A stretch of DNA of 64,000 nucleotides, taken from contig OZ024747.1 in assembly GCA_964016885.1 (NCBI GenBank), positions 81,654,001-81,718,000 on the forward strand, in the 5' to 3' direction. Below are positions 24,781 through 39,001 of the stretch, piece after piece. The stretch's first letter is position 1. The number at the start of each line of letters is the position of its first letter. The position numbers and the translations under genes were made by a program. The notes beneath the pieces are model-generated. The model searched no databases. It saw only the letters and a program-made list of their open reading frames with translations, and was not told the origin of the DNA. The DNA is from Eledone cirrhosa (lineage: Eukaryota).

Positions 24781-26387
24781 CATACATATTGTTGGATCCC
24801 AAATAATAGTGGGTGTTAGAATAAGCAGTGGGGGTTGGACATTTGCTTAAATTGTTACAAGTGGCGGTGTTAGGAAATCAATAATTGTATATTGTGTATT
24901 TTCATAAATATGGGATTTCTTGTAATGGTCTTTTTTTGTCATATAAAATGTTTGTTTAATGTAAAATAAAATGATCATTAGATCCTCCACCTGCTATATC
25001 AATGTTTCACTTATAATAAAATATTTCTGGAGATAGATTAGCAAAATTGAATAAGAGGGGTGAGTGGAAATCTCAAAAATTAATAAGCAGCTGATGGCGA
25101 CGATAATGCATGCTTCACTAGATGTGTATTGTTAGTGTATGTGGACAGCAGAACACAGTTGAGCTGAAACAAAACTGAGTATAAGAGGAGTTGGATATAG
25201 AATACAAAAAAACTGAACCTCGTGAAGAAGATAACACACAGCTGTGTGGGATCAGGAGATTGGTATAACACAAAAGACCTGTCCAAAAACATTGTGACAC
25301 TAAGAATAAATGTGATGAGAGACAGGAGGCTATAGATTTGGCAAATGAATAGAAACACTATAGGGTCTAAGAGGACTCTACAGTCTGGACAAACATGTTA
25401 CAACCTCTATAGTTGCCGGGGCCATGAAGATATATACCCAGTACAGCCTGTTTAGTGGTAGTGCTGATGCCACAAAACATGCACTTAGTATACTTTGGAA
25501 AGTGGTTGATATTGAAAAGAGCATCCAGCTTTAAAGCTTATGCAAAATATAGAATACAGGAGCAAGATGAGGTCGCTTTTCCTCATCTAATCACAGACCA
25601 TGTCAACCAATCAAACACATGCCAGCATAGAAAGCGGATGTAAAACGAATATATATGTGAAAGAGAAAAAGAAAAAGATGAACATTCAATACAGATTGTT
25701 TGAATAACCATGCATTGTTCCTACTGAAAACTAAAATCTCAAAAGAATGTATATAATTTGTAATTACGAGAATCCTTTGTCTGGGCAAAATCTTTTGTTT
25801 AATCATGATCTCTATGATTAAATCTTTTAAGAATTTAGGCCCAGTTCAAAAGTGTGCTCATCCCATAAGCAAATCACTACTATCTGCATATGTTAAGCTA
25901 ATATACAAATTAGTTATTGCAGTGCTTCGTAATGATAGCCATTCAGAATATGTAGAAGTGCTCTTTACAATTTGCAGAATGGTTGAGGCTAAAATGTACA
26001 GCATAATACTAAATTTACTAACTAAGAATTATAACAGAATTTTACAGTATGGAAGGCTTTCTCATCACAACATCAGCAATATTTATTTTGTTTTATTTTG
26101 AATACTATTGCTTCCATAAGAAATTTGAATTAAAATCTCCAAACATAATTTAATATATGAAGTGTTTTTAAGTTATATTGCAAATATCATTTTATTTATT
26201 TATTTATGATCTGAATAATGACACAATTTCAATAAATCTCCTCAAATTCTTAATTAAATGAAATACAGTGTGCTCCAATAGAAATATGGTAATGGAAAAG
26301 TTAATGTCAGATACTTATATAAACTGTTAATATTCTATTGTGAACCTGTTATGAACCCTCATGTAATATTTCCTCCATATATATAAA

Positions 26388-26715
26388 TGGGTAAAGACCC
26401 TCTTTGGCCATGAATGACCATGGGATCTATTTGTACTTAGAAAGTTCTGCTCCAAGGTGCAAGTCTAGGCAATGTGTTTTTGTGAAAGACCAGCAGTCAC
26501 CCAAACATGCAGGCTTCCCCTTTCCACACCACCAATGTCATCCAAGGTAAGAGCAAAGGCCGATACAGTTTGTCACTAGTGACATTACACCTCATTTCCA
26601 CAGCTAAGTGAACTGGAGCAAGGTGAAATATTGAAGATAGTGAGATATCACATAGCCTGGTCCAGAAATTGAACTCACAACCTCACAATTGGGAATTCAA
26701 CTAAGCCACATTTCT
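26388..26715 (-). mobile_element. Degenerate CORE-SINE with a different 3' tail
   Basis: CATTTCCACAGCTAAGTGAACTGGAGCAAGGTGAAATA and TTGAACTCACAACC are reverse complements of the CORE block and the head. Confidence 0.6.
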
Positions 26716-27017
26716 TCACTGCCCATATATATCTTATATATATAGTAGAGAGACAGAAGGTGAGGGAGAGAGACAATTAAACCTGTGTCTAGTAGGGTAT
26801 AGACAATTTTCATTTTAACTAGTTTTCAAACTATTATTGTATTACATAATTGAACCATTAAAGTTCTTCAATGAAGTTGAGTAAACTCATGAATACGTAG
26901 TGACCAGCCAGAATCCAGTTGCTAAATTTTCTACAAAAAGATATCACTTTCCACTGGTCACATCATAGTAAAATAAGTGCAAAAGACAATAGTGTTTACA
27001 AATTATTATTATTTTTT

Positions 27018-27270
27018 TCAAATCCCTTTATGATTTGAGTTCAAATCCCGCCGAGGTTGACTTTGCCTTTCATCCTTACGGGGTCGATAAAATAAAGTGC
27101 CAGTAATGAACTGGGTAATTGCTGGCCTTGTGCCTAAAGTAGAAACAATTATTTTTTTCAAATCCCGCCGAGGTTGACTTTGCCTTTCATCCTTACGGGG
27201 TCGATAAAATATAGTACCAGTAATACACTGGGATAATTGCCGGCCGTGTGCCAAAAGTAGAAACAATTAT
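27018..27270 (+). mobile_element. Tandem pair of partial SINE B copies
   Basis: TTCAAATCCCGCCGAGGTTGACTTTGCC...AGTAGAAACAATTAT occurs twice (about 27040 and 27157). Confidence 0.85.
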
Positions 27271-28149
27271 AATTTTTATATTATACATTGTACATAATGT
27301 ACAACGGCAGAGTAATTAAGGTATTGGGTTTTTATGCCAGTGGTTTGTAAAATGTTATAGTTATTGCATTATGTCTTGAGGCAAGACACTTCCCTCTTTA
27401 CTTGTCTAAGTATTCATGTTACCAAATACTTTATGCATTAAATGTTAATTATTTGGTCTCTGGTGTGTAAAGCTTGTGGTATTGTTATTGTTGTCTGCCT
27501 AAAGTGTTTTTTTTAATGATGATACTAATCTATGGGAAATGTATTGATTGTAATGCCCTGATATATATGTTAATTAAGAAAGAATGTTGCAATCTGAAAA
27601 GAACTAGTGATAAAAGAGAAGCAATAAAATGTTAATTTCTATTTATTTATTCTTAATTTCTGATAAAAATATAAACGAAATTCCAAAGAATAAAAATATT
27701 TGTTATTCTTAGTATTTGATCTAATCTATCTAAAAATAAACATCTCCAATCTGATCTCCAATTACTTCCAATGTCTCATACAAAATTAATTCTTCAGCAT
27801 TTGTATAGTTAATGTCTGGTTATCTTAAATTTGAATAGCTCATTGGATACTACCAATAGTACACGTTCCATACAATGCATAATGTATCAAATTTTTTGAT
27901 AGCATTTACCATGTTGTGCAGAGTACTACAAAATGACTAAACTCTTGTCAAATTAAATGTGTGACTTCATTTTAATTTCCTATTTTGAATATTTCCTTTA
28001 TGTTGATAACAATGATTGCTACTCATAAAAGTCATAAATTTTGTTAGTCACTTTAGAAAATTTAAAATATAGCTCGTATATCCAAAGTATTATGATTAAG
28101 TAACAATTAGCACAATACAATTATATTGGAATCTTTGTGCTTCATTGAT

Positions 28150-29230
28150 GCGCATCCAGTGTTCTCCCTGAACAACTACTTCCCCTTCCCTAAACTCATC
28201 TTCACACTGCACAATGCTCCTTGTCACCCCATCACATATTGGCTTGTCAAACATGTTTCAACCCTCTAACACTTTGCCAAACTCATCTACAACTGTAGTT
28301 TTGACTGTGCTGGCTGGCAACAGGTAAGCCACCCCATAACATTTGGTGGCCTCTGCCTCCAATCCATTTCTATCCTGGCACTGCCAGCCTATCTCTCTTC
28401 AATCTGCATCATGTGCATCCTCCACAAAATGACAGAACCTGATATGGCCCAGAAACTGGAGTCAGCTCTATCGGATTGAACTAATGAAAGCAACAATTGC
28501 AGGTTTACATTCAGGCTAATTGAGTCTTCCCTGGTTTAACACTGTCTCGCCTACTTCTGTTCCACCTCACAATCAAACAGTGATGCATGGCTCAATGTGG
28601 TGCCTTCCTCATCAACCAGTAGCCTTCTTGGTGATGAATGCACTCACATCAGAGTAGCCAATCACCTCAACCTCTGCATGTGTGAGCCACACAAATACCA
28701 TTGTAGAGCTGTTGGTGTGTTCGGTTTGTACGCACTACCATTCTGCTTTAGCACAGGCTATTTTCCTTGATACACTGCTCTAAACAATAACATCAGCAGA
28801 AGTCACAAAACAGCTAGCTTCCACTCACAACTGAAGCCAGCTGGCCTCAAATGTGGCAATGATAAGTACCCTGGTGAAATAAGGGTGATAACTAAATACA
28901 GGGGCTGGGAAAACAGCTTCCTTTTCATACCATACCCATGTTGCTGATTTCCTTTGTAAAATCAGAAAGACAGCAGCCTGTCTGAGAAAGGTGTTGCTGG
29001 CTACTCCCTATGATAATGCCTTTTCCATTTTGTCTGCAGGGTGCAGCTGAAACAATGCTTACACTAGCATTTAGAATCTGTCATTCTCATTTTTTCATTG
29101 CTTAATTCTTTTTTTTCTTTTTTTTTCCTTTTTCTTCATTTCCTTTCATTTTTAGTTTCCTTATTACCATGGTTCTCTAATGTACAAACCTTATTGTATC
29201 AGTGAGTGAGCAATAAATGGCCAGAGCTGC
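28150..29230 (+). mobile_element. Degenerate CRE-like RLE non-LTR retrotransposon (post-RT, zinc knuckle, RLE)
   Basis: FGGLCLQSISILALPAYLSS; DAWLNVVPSSS...RVANHLNLCMCEPHKYHC; LKPAGLKCGNDKYPG. These correspond to the CRE motifs GGLG, GAWLxALP, RLG..C.PHxCxC and LEPxGLxRxDGKRPDG. Confidence 0.75.
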
Positions 29231-31333
29231 ACCAATTCTCTTTGACTAGCTTTGTAAACCTATATATATATACATAATGGCAGAACACTGGTGAGTTATA
29301 TCTTCAGTAGTAGATCACTCAGTCCATGGGACGAGTTTGGCAGAAGAGGTTCCACAACCGTTAGCACACAATTTCCAAGAACAATTTGTTTCACCTCAAA
29401 TGGATTATCAGCTCAGTTTAAATGAGATAACATGGAAAAGGAAGACAATGGCACAAATAAACATGCGCAGAAGATATTCTCAAAAGGGGAGGCAACTCAA
29501 CATAGTCCCTGGAAAAAAAAACAATCCAGTTATTAATAAGAAGAGTTGAAATTAATGCATGCAAGATTTCACAACTTTAGCATAACTCCTTCATTTTCAA
29601 CGTATGACCTTTTCAGCTGAACCTTGTATGTATGTATATATATATATATATATATATATTTATTTATTTATGTACATGTGTACACATAACACCTATATAA
29701 CTTTCCAATGTTTTCTTTTCTTTAGTCTGTTGACTGCAATCACTCATAGCTTCCATATTGCATTGATGAACAGATCTACTGCTTCCTACAGTGGTATATA
29801 TAATCTTATACAAGATTACAAGGTGACAAATTGGTAGAATATTTTGCTGTATTCATTCTGGCTCTTTATATTCTAAGTTCAAATTACACCAAGATCTTCA
29901 TTCTCTTGAGGTCAATAACTAAAATATCAGTCCAATATTGGGTTCAATTCTTCCTCTATATTTCTTCCTTTCTCTCTTGCTCTGTGTCTCTTCCTTCTCT
30001 GGAACAAATTGGTTGTGTTCAGGGCATAGACTATATAGAGTCAATATAACAATTGTTATTAATAGCAACTGTTTACTTCAAATTTTTTCAAACAATATTA
30101 GCTTAAGCCAATATTGTCTAAAAATTTGAAGTAAACTGTCACCATTAATAACATTGTGTGTGTATACAAATATGACTTTTCATTGGTTTATTTTCTTCAG
30201 TCTTGGTGATCAAAATATCAAATGGTTTCTTTATGAGTCAAAATTATTAAATATTCATTCACTATGATCATAACTTAACATGGTCCTTATATAAAATGTT
30301 ATTGGTAGATTTAAATTTAAAATTGGTTGTTTTGTTTCATCGATCCAGAGCCAAGGTTTCCTCAATTTGATATAAAAAGGGTTAAAACACTTATGTCTGT
30401 GCATTTACCCCGACATGTGTTTATGGAGAGCTGATATGGTAAACTGTAGTGCTGCTATATCATCCGCAGTAGATATTACAGATTTTTATATAGAATCTTC
30501 CAGAGCAAAATTCCATCTAAACATCTGTTACATTTACTGGGCTATTATCAGCAACAATTCTTTGTTAGCTTTAGCTTTATTAGACAACACTGAGTGTGAA
30601 TGTGTTCAAATAGATGGAATCAGATCTGACATGAATTGAAATGTAAAGTTTGAGAAGGAGATTAAATAAGCATGGAAATAACAAATGTCAAGTATTATGA
30701 TTATCTACTATGCCTTTTGATACTTTCCAGCATAAAATGTTTTATGTGTTGCAAGAAGCCTATCCACTACATGCATATAGTCTATGTACATAACGAAAGT
30801 ATTTCTTATTTAAAAATTTGGCATTTGACACAATTTGTCAATGAGAGTTTGCCAACACCTACATTTAATATCTGTAATCATGTTTCTGAACTTTCATATC
30901 TTTGTACCCTGCACTTTATATTTTAATATACACATCCACTAATTCAATAACTTCTTTTGTGATGAGGTCAACTCCCTTACTCCCCATATTGGTTTGCATT
31001 CAGAAGTCACTATAAGAAAATATAAATCACAATATTTCCATAAGTACTGCTATATCAAATACATATATTCAATAGCGTCATATTGGTAACTATATTTTTC
31101 ATTACATTACAGGAATACTACCGTTCACAAATGATATGTTTGCAGTAAGCAGTTGGAAATTCATTTGTTTCTCAAAAGAAGTTTAGAGTAGTTTCTGCAA
31201 TAGTAGTATATTACTGAAGTATAGCAGAAATAACTGAATATGTCAGGGGTGTTATAGATGTAGATAAATAAAATCAACATCTGGTGTAAGTTATACAAAT
31301 ATCTTGGCTGTCTGGCGACACTTTCATGTACTA

Positions 31334-31671
31334 CAGAGGTTCTCGAAGGGGGTTTTACTGCCCCCTGGTGGGCATTGATAAGGTCCAGGGCACTGTGGCC
31401 TAAGGGGGCAGGTGATAGAGATGACATAATAGTATATTAAATATCAAATCATACATATTATATATAAATATAGTAAAATAAAAAATATATAATATTTATT
31501 TTTACACAGTATATATTATATTATTTATTATATATAAATCAACGATTTTATTTATTATATATTATTTTCAATTTGCATGTAGGTAGGCCTCTCGGGAAAT
31601 ATGGGTGGGGGTACCGAGGGTATTACTTGGCTGTGAAGCAGGTGGTGGCCTCAAAATTTTGAGAACCTCTG
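31334..31671. mobile_element. hAT (Charlie-like) MITE
   Basis: 11-bp TIRs CAGAGGTTCTC / GAGAACCTCTG. The right flank ATCTAGTA resembles the NTCTAGAN target, but the left flank (ATGTACTA) matches it imperfectly. Confidence 0.65.
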
Positions 31672-32291
31672 ATCTAGTATGTCAAATAGCAAGTTGGTGA
31701 AGATTTGAGATTAATCAGGATTCTGATAACAACAAAAGACTATCATTGTTCAGTCTCTATCAAAAATTTAATACCATATATATACTCATAAAAACTGAAT
31801 TTTTATATTATTTTCAGCAGCTAAATTATTGGAGTCAACTATTACATGAATACTTCTTTTGACGACCTAAAATTCTCACAGTAATCCAGAATACTATATC
31901 TATAAGCAGAGGCTAAATAGATTCTAGAAGTAAAACAATGAAAAGCAACCATAAACATTTTTCATACTATGAAAACACATAAATAAGGTTGTGTGGCACT
32001 TATAAATATTTCCACTTACCTATATCAGAATAGAATAGCATGGTAAAATTAATTTTCTCATTGTAACATTTATTATTCACAAATGTTGACCTGTTGTCTG
32101 TGCAGAGTGAGTCAACCTTTACATGGAAACCAATACATGGAAAAACCCAAATTTGGGGACAAAAGGCTGAAGGAGTTAACTTTTATATGAGTGTATATGG
32201 TACTAAAGCAGTTTTCAAAAAGTAAACTAAGATATATTTACATAACCAATGTTTGAACATAAAATGAAAATAAATTTTGCATCTTTTTGGG

Positions 32292-32472
32292 TGGATTGGC
32301 AGTATCGGTAGAGGGTCGGACATGCTTTCCAGCATAGTTACGTCCCTTTACGATCTGAGTTCAAATCCCGCCAAGGTTAACTTTGCCTTTCATCCTTACG
32401 GGGTCGATAAAATAAAGTACCAGTAATGTACTGGGATAATTGCTGGCCTTGTGCCAAAAGTAGAAACAATTA
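32292..32472 (+). mobile_element. SINE family B
   Basis: Full-length plus copy TGGATTGGCAGTATCGGTAGAG...AGTAGAAACAATTA. Confidence 0.85.
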
Positions 32473-35400
32473 TGATAAAACTGTCACTGTTTTATCAATA
32501 ATACATAACTTTCTACAAGAAATATGTTGTAGATATATTAATGACATGATAGGACACTTTTCCAATATGATAGCTTCAATCTTCCCTAAAAATGTAGAAG
32601 GAAGTCATCAAGTTCAACATCTTGCTGCTTCTCTGCTCAGCTTCGGACATGCTATCATTTAATTTGCAGAACTTTTGTGAATTTTAGAGTTTCATCTCTA
32701 CTTTTGTTCATGTTAAGACATCATCAATTTATAAAATCATGATCTAAGTATACACATAAGCACACACGCACATAACTATGCAGAAAGAAAGAGAGAACAA
32801 TTTCTCAATTTCCTCTTACATTGCCTTTCTAAATATAGATGGTAGACATACAGCTTTCTTTTAAGTATTTTCGGTCTTGGCAATCTCTTAATATTACAAA
32901 TCATATAGATACAGCCAAGTGCTGAGAATGGACAATAAAAGTTAAATGAAAATACTGAAAAGGAAAAAAAAACAATGAAATATGGAATAATAGAACTGAA
33001 GTTCGCTGAACAATCCACACTTTTCAAAGAATATTATTACTTGTATATTCTGGTCCATATATCTATATAGGTAAAGTTATTCCAATCACTTTCATTGCTT
33101 ATGGTAATCGCTTTAATAAAATGAGATATCATCACTGTATCCCAGAAACAGAAAACATGTGAAAGAAAGAGAAGAGAGATACAGAACAAAAGTTAAAGAA
33201 TGAGTTAACATTTACTATATTTCAGTCTATACAAAATATAGAAAATGAAAAAGGATCATAAAGTAACTTAGCCTATAACCCAGAGACTAAAGTAAACATC
33301 AAATACATTGGGATTTGTATAGTGACAGTAAAGTTGATTTGATGCATAATACAAATCATTCTCACTGCAACTGCCATCATCATTCTCGCCATTGTCATTA
33401 ATATTATAATCTTCACCTATTTTACACATAGCAGCTATCCATTCTAGACATGAAATGCACAATGGCAATTTTTCTTGCATGAATTGCATATTATATGAAT
33501 GAATTTTTGACATGAGTTATTACTATTGATGGAAGACTTTGTTAGAATATTAACAATATCTATTGTGTTGTGTTTTGGTAAATCACTACGTTGTGAAGAT
33601 TCAATCTCTGTCTGTTATCAGGTACCATATTTTCCATGATTCTTACATAACAGCTCTAGCTACTGATAAGGATAGTGGTGAAACAGGAATCTGCTGTGGT
33701 TTTACCTTATCATAAAGGAATGGTTAAGAACATACAATTTTATCTGTTCTCAATTCAATATCTGAAGAGTATTCCCAAATATCTCTACACTCTGGGAGTA
33801 TATGATTGACCTTACCCTAAAGCTTAACGACTTGACAAATTGCATATATAATATCTCATGCAATTACGATGGAGCTTATAAAAAGAAATGCAAACAACCA
33901 TTAACATTTAGTATCAGAGAAGATCAAAAACCATAAATTTCAGATGAAACAGCAAAACCAGGAGTTCCTTCTGTGAGAGAAAATCAGAAAAATATCCCAC
34001 AAATGTGACATAATAATTTAATCCTCTTTAATAGTAATACAACAAATTTTCTACATATTTTGAGAAAACAATCTTACACTACACCATCCATATGTATAAT
34101 AATAATAGTAATGAAAGTATTGTGTACAGTGCTCAGGTGCACTACAACATTAACTACAAACATCTAAACTTACTACAATTAAAGATTCAGCCTCACAACT
34201 ACTGATTATTCTTCATTGAGATCTCATATATAGCATTATCAGAACTGTATCACACAGACTAAGATTCCTCTTCAAGAACAGAAAATATTTCTGATTTCAT
34301 GATTTTGTAGCCTTCTACAAGGATCAAGTGAAACTTGCATTAAATATAACTCACATATCTGATACAGCTGCAGAAAAACTAACAAACATAGTACATAAAG
34401 ACTCATTTCTCAGTATTCTACAATCACTGGCTCAAGCATTCTTCCTGTGAAGTGAAAGCTTCTGGAATTCTCTCTCTACCCACCTTTCTTTAATTGTATG
34501 AACATACAAACATTCAAACTGCACTACACTGGTTTCAATAGTCTGGTATTGGGATGGGATTCAGTTTCTATTATAGATAAATACGTGGGTGATGGGTTGG
34601 CAGAATTATTGCAGCATTGGACAAATTACTTTGTGTCATTTGGTTCGATGTCGCACTTTACGCATTCAAATAACACGATGGGCAACTTTGTCTTATATTT
34701 TTTGTGGCTGATAAAAAAAAAGTACTAATCACATACTCTGGTCAATATAATCAACATTCACCTCTTATTGTATTGCTGGGCATGTATCTAAATAACAAAC
34801 GATTAGTGAAAAACAACCATAGCCAAACAATAAGAGCCATTGCAAATAGTTTTTACTAAGAACTCAATCAATAGCCCTGATTTCATCCTAATATGACTGC
34901 CATTAGGAAAACTATGTTTAAACAAAACTTAAATTGACAAATATTTGCCTTATGGGATTTTGGCATAATGATAAAAGCACTGTAAACAGAGTTCAGTGAA
35001 TTTGAATCCATCTCAAACACTAGTCAGTGATTGAATCATTAAAAACATAATGATTTACCCCCAAAACATTAACAGCCCAGTGTTTCTCCATCAGCAATAA
35101 TAAATAACTCATCATCTCAGAAATCAATATGGATTCAAATAGTCCAAACTATGGAGGCAGCATGAGAAAAATATTTAAAAAAACAAAGAGCTGCTGAGAA
35201 GTGGTTATATAAAAAGATAGAAATAAAAATAAAAATAGAAGCCTGAAAAATTAGACAATGAAACGAAGATCCATTGTTCTTAACAAAAGCTATCTGAATA
35301 AAAAATTGATTAAAATCCTGTATAAAATCCACTATAAGGCCATAAAATATAGATTTTAGAAAGACTAAGGTTAATAACAACCAAGCCCTGCAATATACTC

Positions 35401-35705
35401 AATCTGTAGTGTGGTTAATATTAATCAATAAAATTTGTTATCAACATCAGTAAAATACAATCATACAAATATAAGATATTAGTGTTAAACTGAGTTTTGT
35501 TAATATAACCAAATAAATTTGCAGATTCAACAACAAAGCCCTCTTCAAGGAAGTGTTGCGTAACTAGAGAATGGTGAGGCATATGAGGTACAATAAAATG
35601 TCTGCAATATAATTTTACAAGCCAAATGTAATGAAAACATCAATCCCAGTCGAGTGATCAGCAGCAATCGACAAAAATCAGAGTAGTAATAGAGACTAAT
35701 CACTG

Positions 35706-35747
<42 letters not shown>

Positions 35748-35767
35748 AATATATCTTATTTCTCATT

Positions 35768-35808
35768 CTTTCTTCTGATGAAGGACTAGCATCCGAAACA
35801 TTAAGACC
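35768..35808 (+). ncRNA. Minimal hammerhead motif (family G) in a short pLTR-like insert between (TA)n
   Basis: TCTT-CTGATGA-AGGA(CTAGCA)TCC-GAAA-CAT-TA-AGA. A related copy lies at 59310-59350. Confidence 0.6.
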
Positions 35809-36044
35809 CTCTTCCTGCTATTTCAAGAGTTAACCTGAAATATTCCTTCCATATAATGTACCGATTGAGTTGTTATTTCTGTTTACCTTTTACATATATA
35901 TATATAGTGGTAGAACACTGGTACGTTATATCCACAGAAGTAGAGTACTCAGTCCATGGGATGAGTTTGGTAGTAGTTCCGGGAACTATATATATACAGT
36001 TGCTGGACCTCTGTTGGTTACAACAATGAATGTTCCAGAGAAAT

Positions 36045-36101
<57 letters not shown>

Positions 36102-36310
36102 CGTTTCTGAATTTGTTTAGCAAGATTCTTTATCTGAAATCGTGTGTTGAAACCGATATTGTTATACTTTGGAAGGGTCATGTTGCCAATAAGAAACACA
36201 CGCACCAGTTGCTTTCACTTCAATTTATTATAATAAATTTATAATAAATTTATAAATTTATAAATTTCTGGTTGGTTGGTTGGTTCCACAACCAGATAGT
36301 TGTTTATACA

Positions 36311-36357
36311 TAGTCTTAGTTCTTTCGTCACACACTCTGTGACCTCTTCGGTGACTG
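36311..36357 (-). ncRNA. Degenerate hammerhead (family E)
   Basis: AGTC-A-CCGAAGA-G-GTCAC(AGAGTGT)GTGAC-GAAA-GAAC-TA-AGACT, with U4 changed to C. Confidence 0.55.
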
Positions 36358-36574
36358 GGGATTCCTTTCTTTGTTTCTGTGCCTCTCCTTTGTTCTGTCC
36401 TATTCCATTTTGTTTCTGTGTGTGTGTTGTGTGCTCAGTCTGCGCATGCGCCACATCCGGGTGTCTGTGTGTGTTTATGTTCATTTATTTATTTGTTTAT
36501 TTACATGTTACTGGTTGGTTGTTTGTTCTATGTGTGTGTGTGTTTTCATTTTGTCCTTAATTGTAAGTTGTGAT

Positions 36575-36988
36575 GTTGCTGTTCCACTCATATTTTCTAT
36601 TTAATTTTGGTTGTAATTCTTTTATGTTTATTGCCTCTGTAATTTGTCTAAACATTGCGTCTTTTCTGTGTGTAGATTCTATTTTTATTTATATGTTCTC
36701 TAATTTACCCTTGTGTTCTATTTTAGCATGTTGGTAGAGTACAGATGATTCTTTACTATCTTGAAGGTCTCGCCAGTGTTCATTTATCCGTTCCCCTACA
36801 CTACGAGCTGTCTCACCTATGTACACTATATTTTTTTTGTCTCTACATTGTCCTTCAGTACATCTTATGCTATACATTACATTTCTAGTTTTACAGTTAA
36901 TATGGGGGCTTATTTTACAGGTTATACATTTCTTATCTATACATGAGGGTCTTTGAAAAGGGTATGTCTTGCTAATAAGTTTTTTCAT

Positions 36989-36992
<4 letters not shown>
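36575..36992 (-). pseudogene. PLE GIY-YIG endonuclease with upstream Cys cluster
   Basis: CIDKKCITC...[18 protein letters not shown]...[17 protein letters not shown]...LYQHAKIEH. After a stop it continues with KDAMFRQITEAINIK and, after a frameshift, PKLNRKYEW. Confidence 0.9.
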
Positions 36993-37028
<36 letters not shown>

Positions 37029-37075
37029 GTATATATATATATATATATATATACATATGTATTTGTATATATATG

Positions 37076-37109
<34 letters not shown>

Positions 37110-37179
37110 CATATGTATATATATATATATGTATATATATGTATATATATATACATATGTATATATAAATATACATATG

Positions 37180-37231
<52 letters not shown>

Positions 37232-37310
37232 TCAGTTCCCGTCCCACCCTTGCAAGCAGGGAAAAGCGGACGTAAAATGAAATGATGATGAAATGATGAT
37301 GATACATATG

Positions 37311-37344
<34 letters not shown>

Positions 37345-37434
37345 TATACATATGTATATATATATATACATATGTAAATATATATGGATATATATATATA
37401 TATATATATATACATATGTATTTGTATATATATG

Positions 37435-37468
<34 letters not shown>

Positions 37469-37604
37469 TATGTATATATATATGTATATATATATATGTA
37501 TACATATGTATACATATATGTATATATATATATATATGTATATATTTATATATACATATCTATATATATACATATGTATACATATGTATATATATATGTA
37601 TATA

Positions 37605-37945
37605 TGGCTTAGTGGTTAGAGCATTGGCCTTGCAATCGAAAGGTTGTGAGTTCAATTCTGAGACCAGGTGATGTGTTGTTTCCTTGAGCAAGACACTTTA
37701 TTTCACATTGCTCCAGTTTACTCAGCTGTAGAAATGAGATGATAGGGACTGGGGTCCCTATCATTCCACTGCAAAGTGGTCTTGGAGATGCCACGGCAAA
37801 AAAGCACCCAGCACTCACTGTAAATGAGGTTGGTGTTAGGAAGGGCATCCAGCTGTAGAAATCAAGCCAGAATCAGTTCCCGTCCCAACCTTGCAAGCAG
37901 GGAAAAAGTGGACGTAAAATGAAATGATGATGATGATGATGATGA

Positions 37946-37948
<3 letters not shown>
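37605..37948 (+). mobile_element. Composite CORE-SINE family A
   Basis: Same layout as the copy at 24440. Confidence 0.9.
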
Positions 37949-38024
<76 letters not shown>

Positions 38025-38027
38025 GTA

Positions 38028-38170
38028 TATAAGGATTAAAATACTGGAGCGTGTTGACCGATAGGGCTTCTTGAGGTTTTGATTGCCCTGATGAGTCCTT
38101 AATAGGACGAAACATTGTTGGCTAATAAAGACTTTTGATGTATTGAAGGCTTCTTTGTTTTATTTTCATA
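38028..38170 (+). mobile_element. Family C Penelope-like mini-insertion with HHR
   Basis: The first ~28 bp approximate the reverse complement of the family C tail (40262-40290). An HHR follows at 38076-38130 (CTGATGA-GTCCT TAAT AGGAC-GAAACATTGTT-GGC). Confidence 0.8.
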
Positions 38171-38179
38171 ATACATATG

Positions 38180-38233
<54 letters not shown>

Positions 38234-38249
38234 TATATATATGTATATA

Positions 38250-38340
38250 TATCATCATCATCATCATTCGTCGACTACTGTCGAGATGATGGATCTCACT
38301 CTCATGCCCCAGAAATCCCTGTCCCCTATCGCTCTGCGAT
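38250..38340 (-). mobile_element. 3' tip of a LINE with (GAT)n tail
   Basis: Minus strand reads [19 protein letters not shown] then (TGA)n. DRxxW is the RTE C-terminal motif. Confidence 0.55.
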
Positions 38341-38585
38341 ATACATATATATATATACATATATACATATATATATTTATACATATATATATATACATAT
38401 ATATATACATATATATACATATCTATATACACATATATATACATATATATACACATATATATATATATATACATATATACATATATACATATTTATATAT
38501 ACATATATACATATATATACTTATATATACATATTTATATATACATATATACATATTTATATATACATATATACATATACATATA

Positions 38586-38621
<36 letters not shown>

Positions 38622-38817
38622 CATATATATATACATATATATATATATACATATATATATACATATATATATATATACATATATATATACATATATATAT
38701 AACAACATATATATGTATATATATATGTATATATATATGTATATATATATACATATATATATATACATATATTTATATACATATATATATACATACATAT
38801 ATATATATACATATATT

Positions 38818-38865
<48 letters not shown>

Positions 38866-38944
38866 CATATACATATATATATATACATATATATACATAT
38901 ATATATTAAGAGAGTAAAACAAAGAATCCTTTAATACATCAAAA

Positions 38945-39001
38945 GTTTTTATTAGCCGACAATGTTTCGTCCTATTAAGGACTCATCAGGGCAATCAAAA
39001 C
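38945..39001 (-). ncRNA. Type I hammerhead ribozyme (family C), intact
   Basis: GTTTTGATTGCC-CTGATGA-GTCCT(TAAT)AGGAC-GAAAC(ATT)GTC-GGCTAATAAAAAC: canonical core, GUC site, 2-bp helix III. Confidence 0.9.

Larger units (their letters stand above)
36270..36992 (-). mobile_element. 5'-truncated Penelope-like element, family E (GIY-YIG, 3' pLTR with HHR)
   Basis: Coding remnant followed by 3' UTR and an HHR-like motif; 5' end joined to (TA)n. Confidence 0.85.

Noticed and set aside
33645-33700. Peptide ITALATDKDSGETG resembling a cadherin AxDxDxGxNG motif
   Set aside because: Isolated motif with a stop 8 codons later. No PE/LDRE/DxNDN motifs or convincing exon structure, so chance cannot be excluded.
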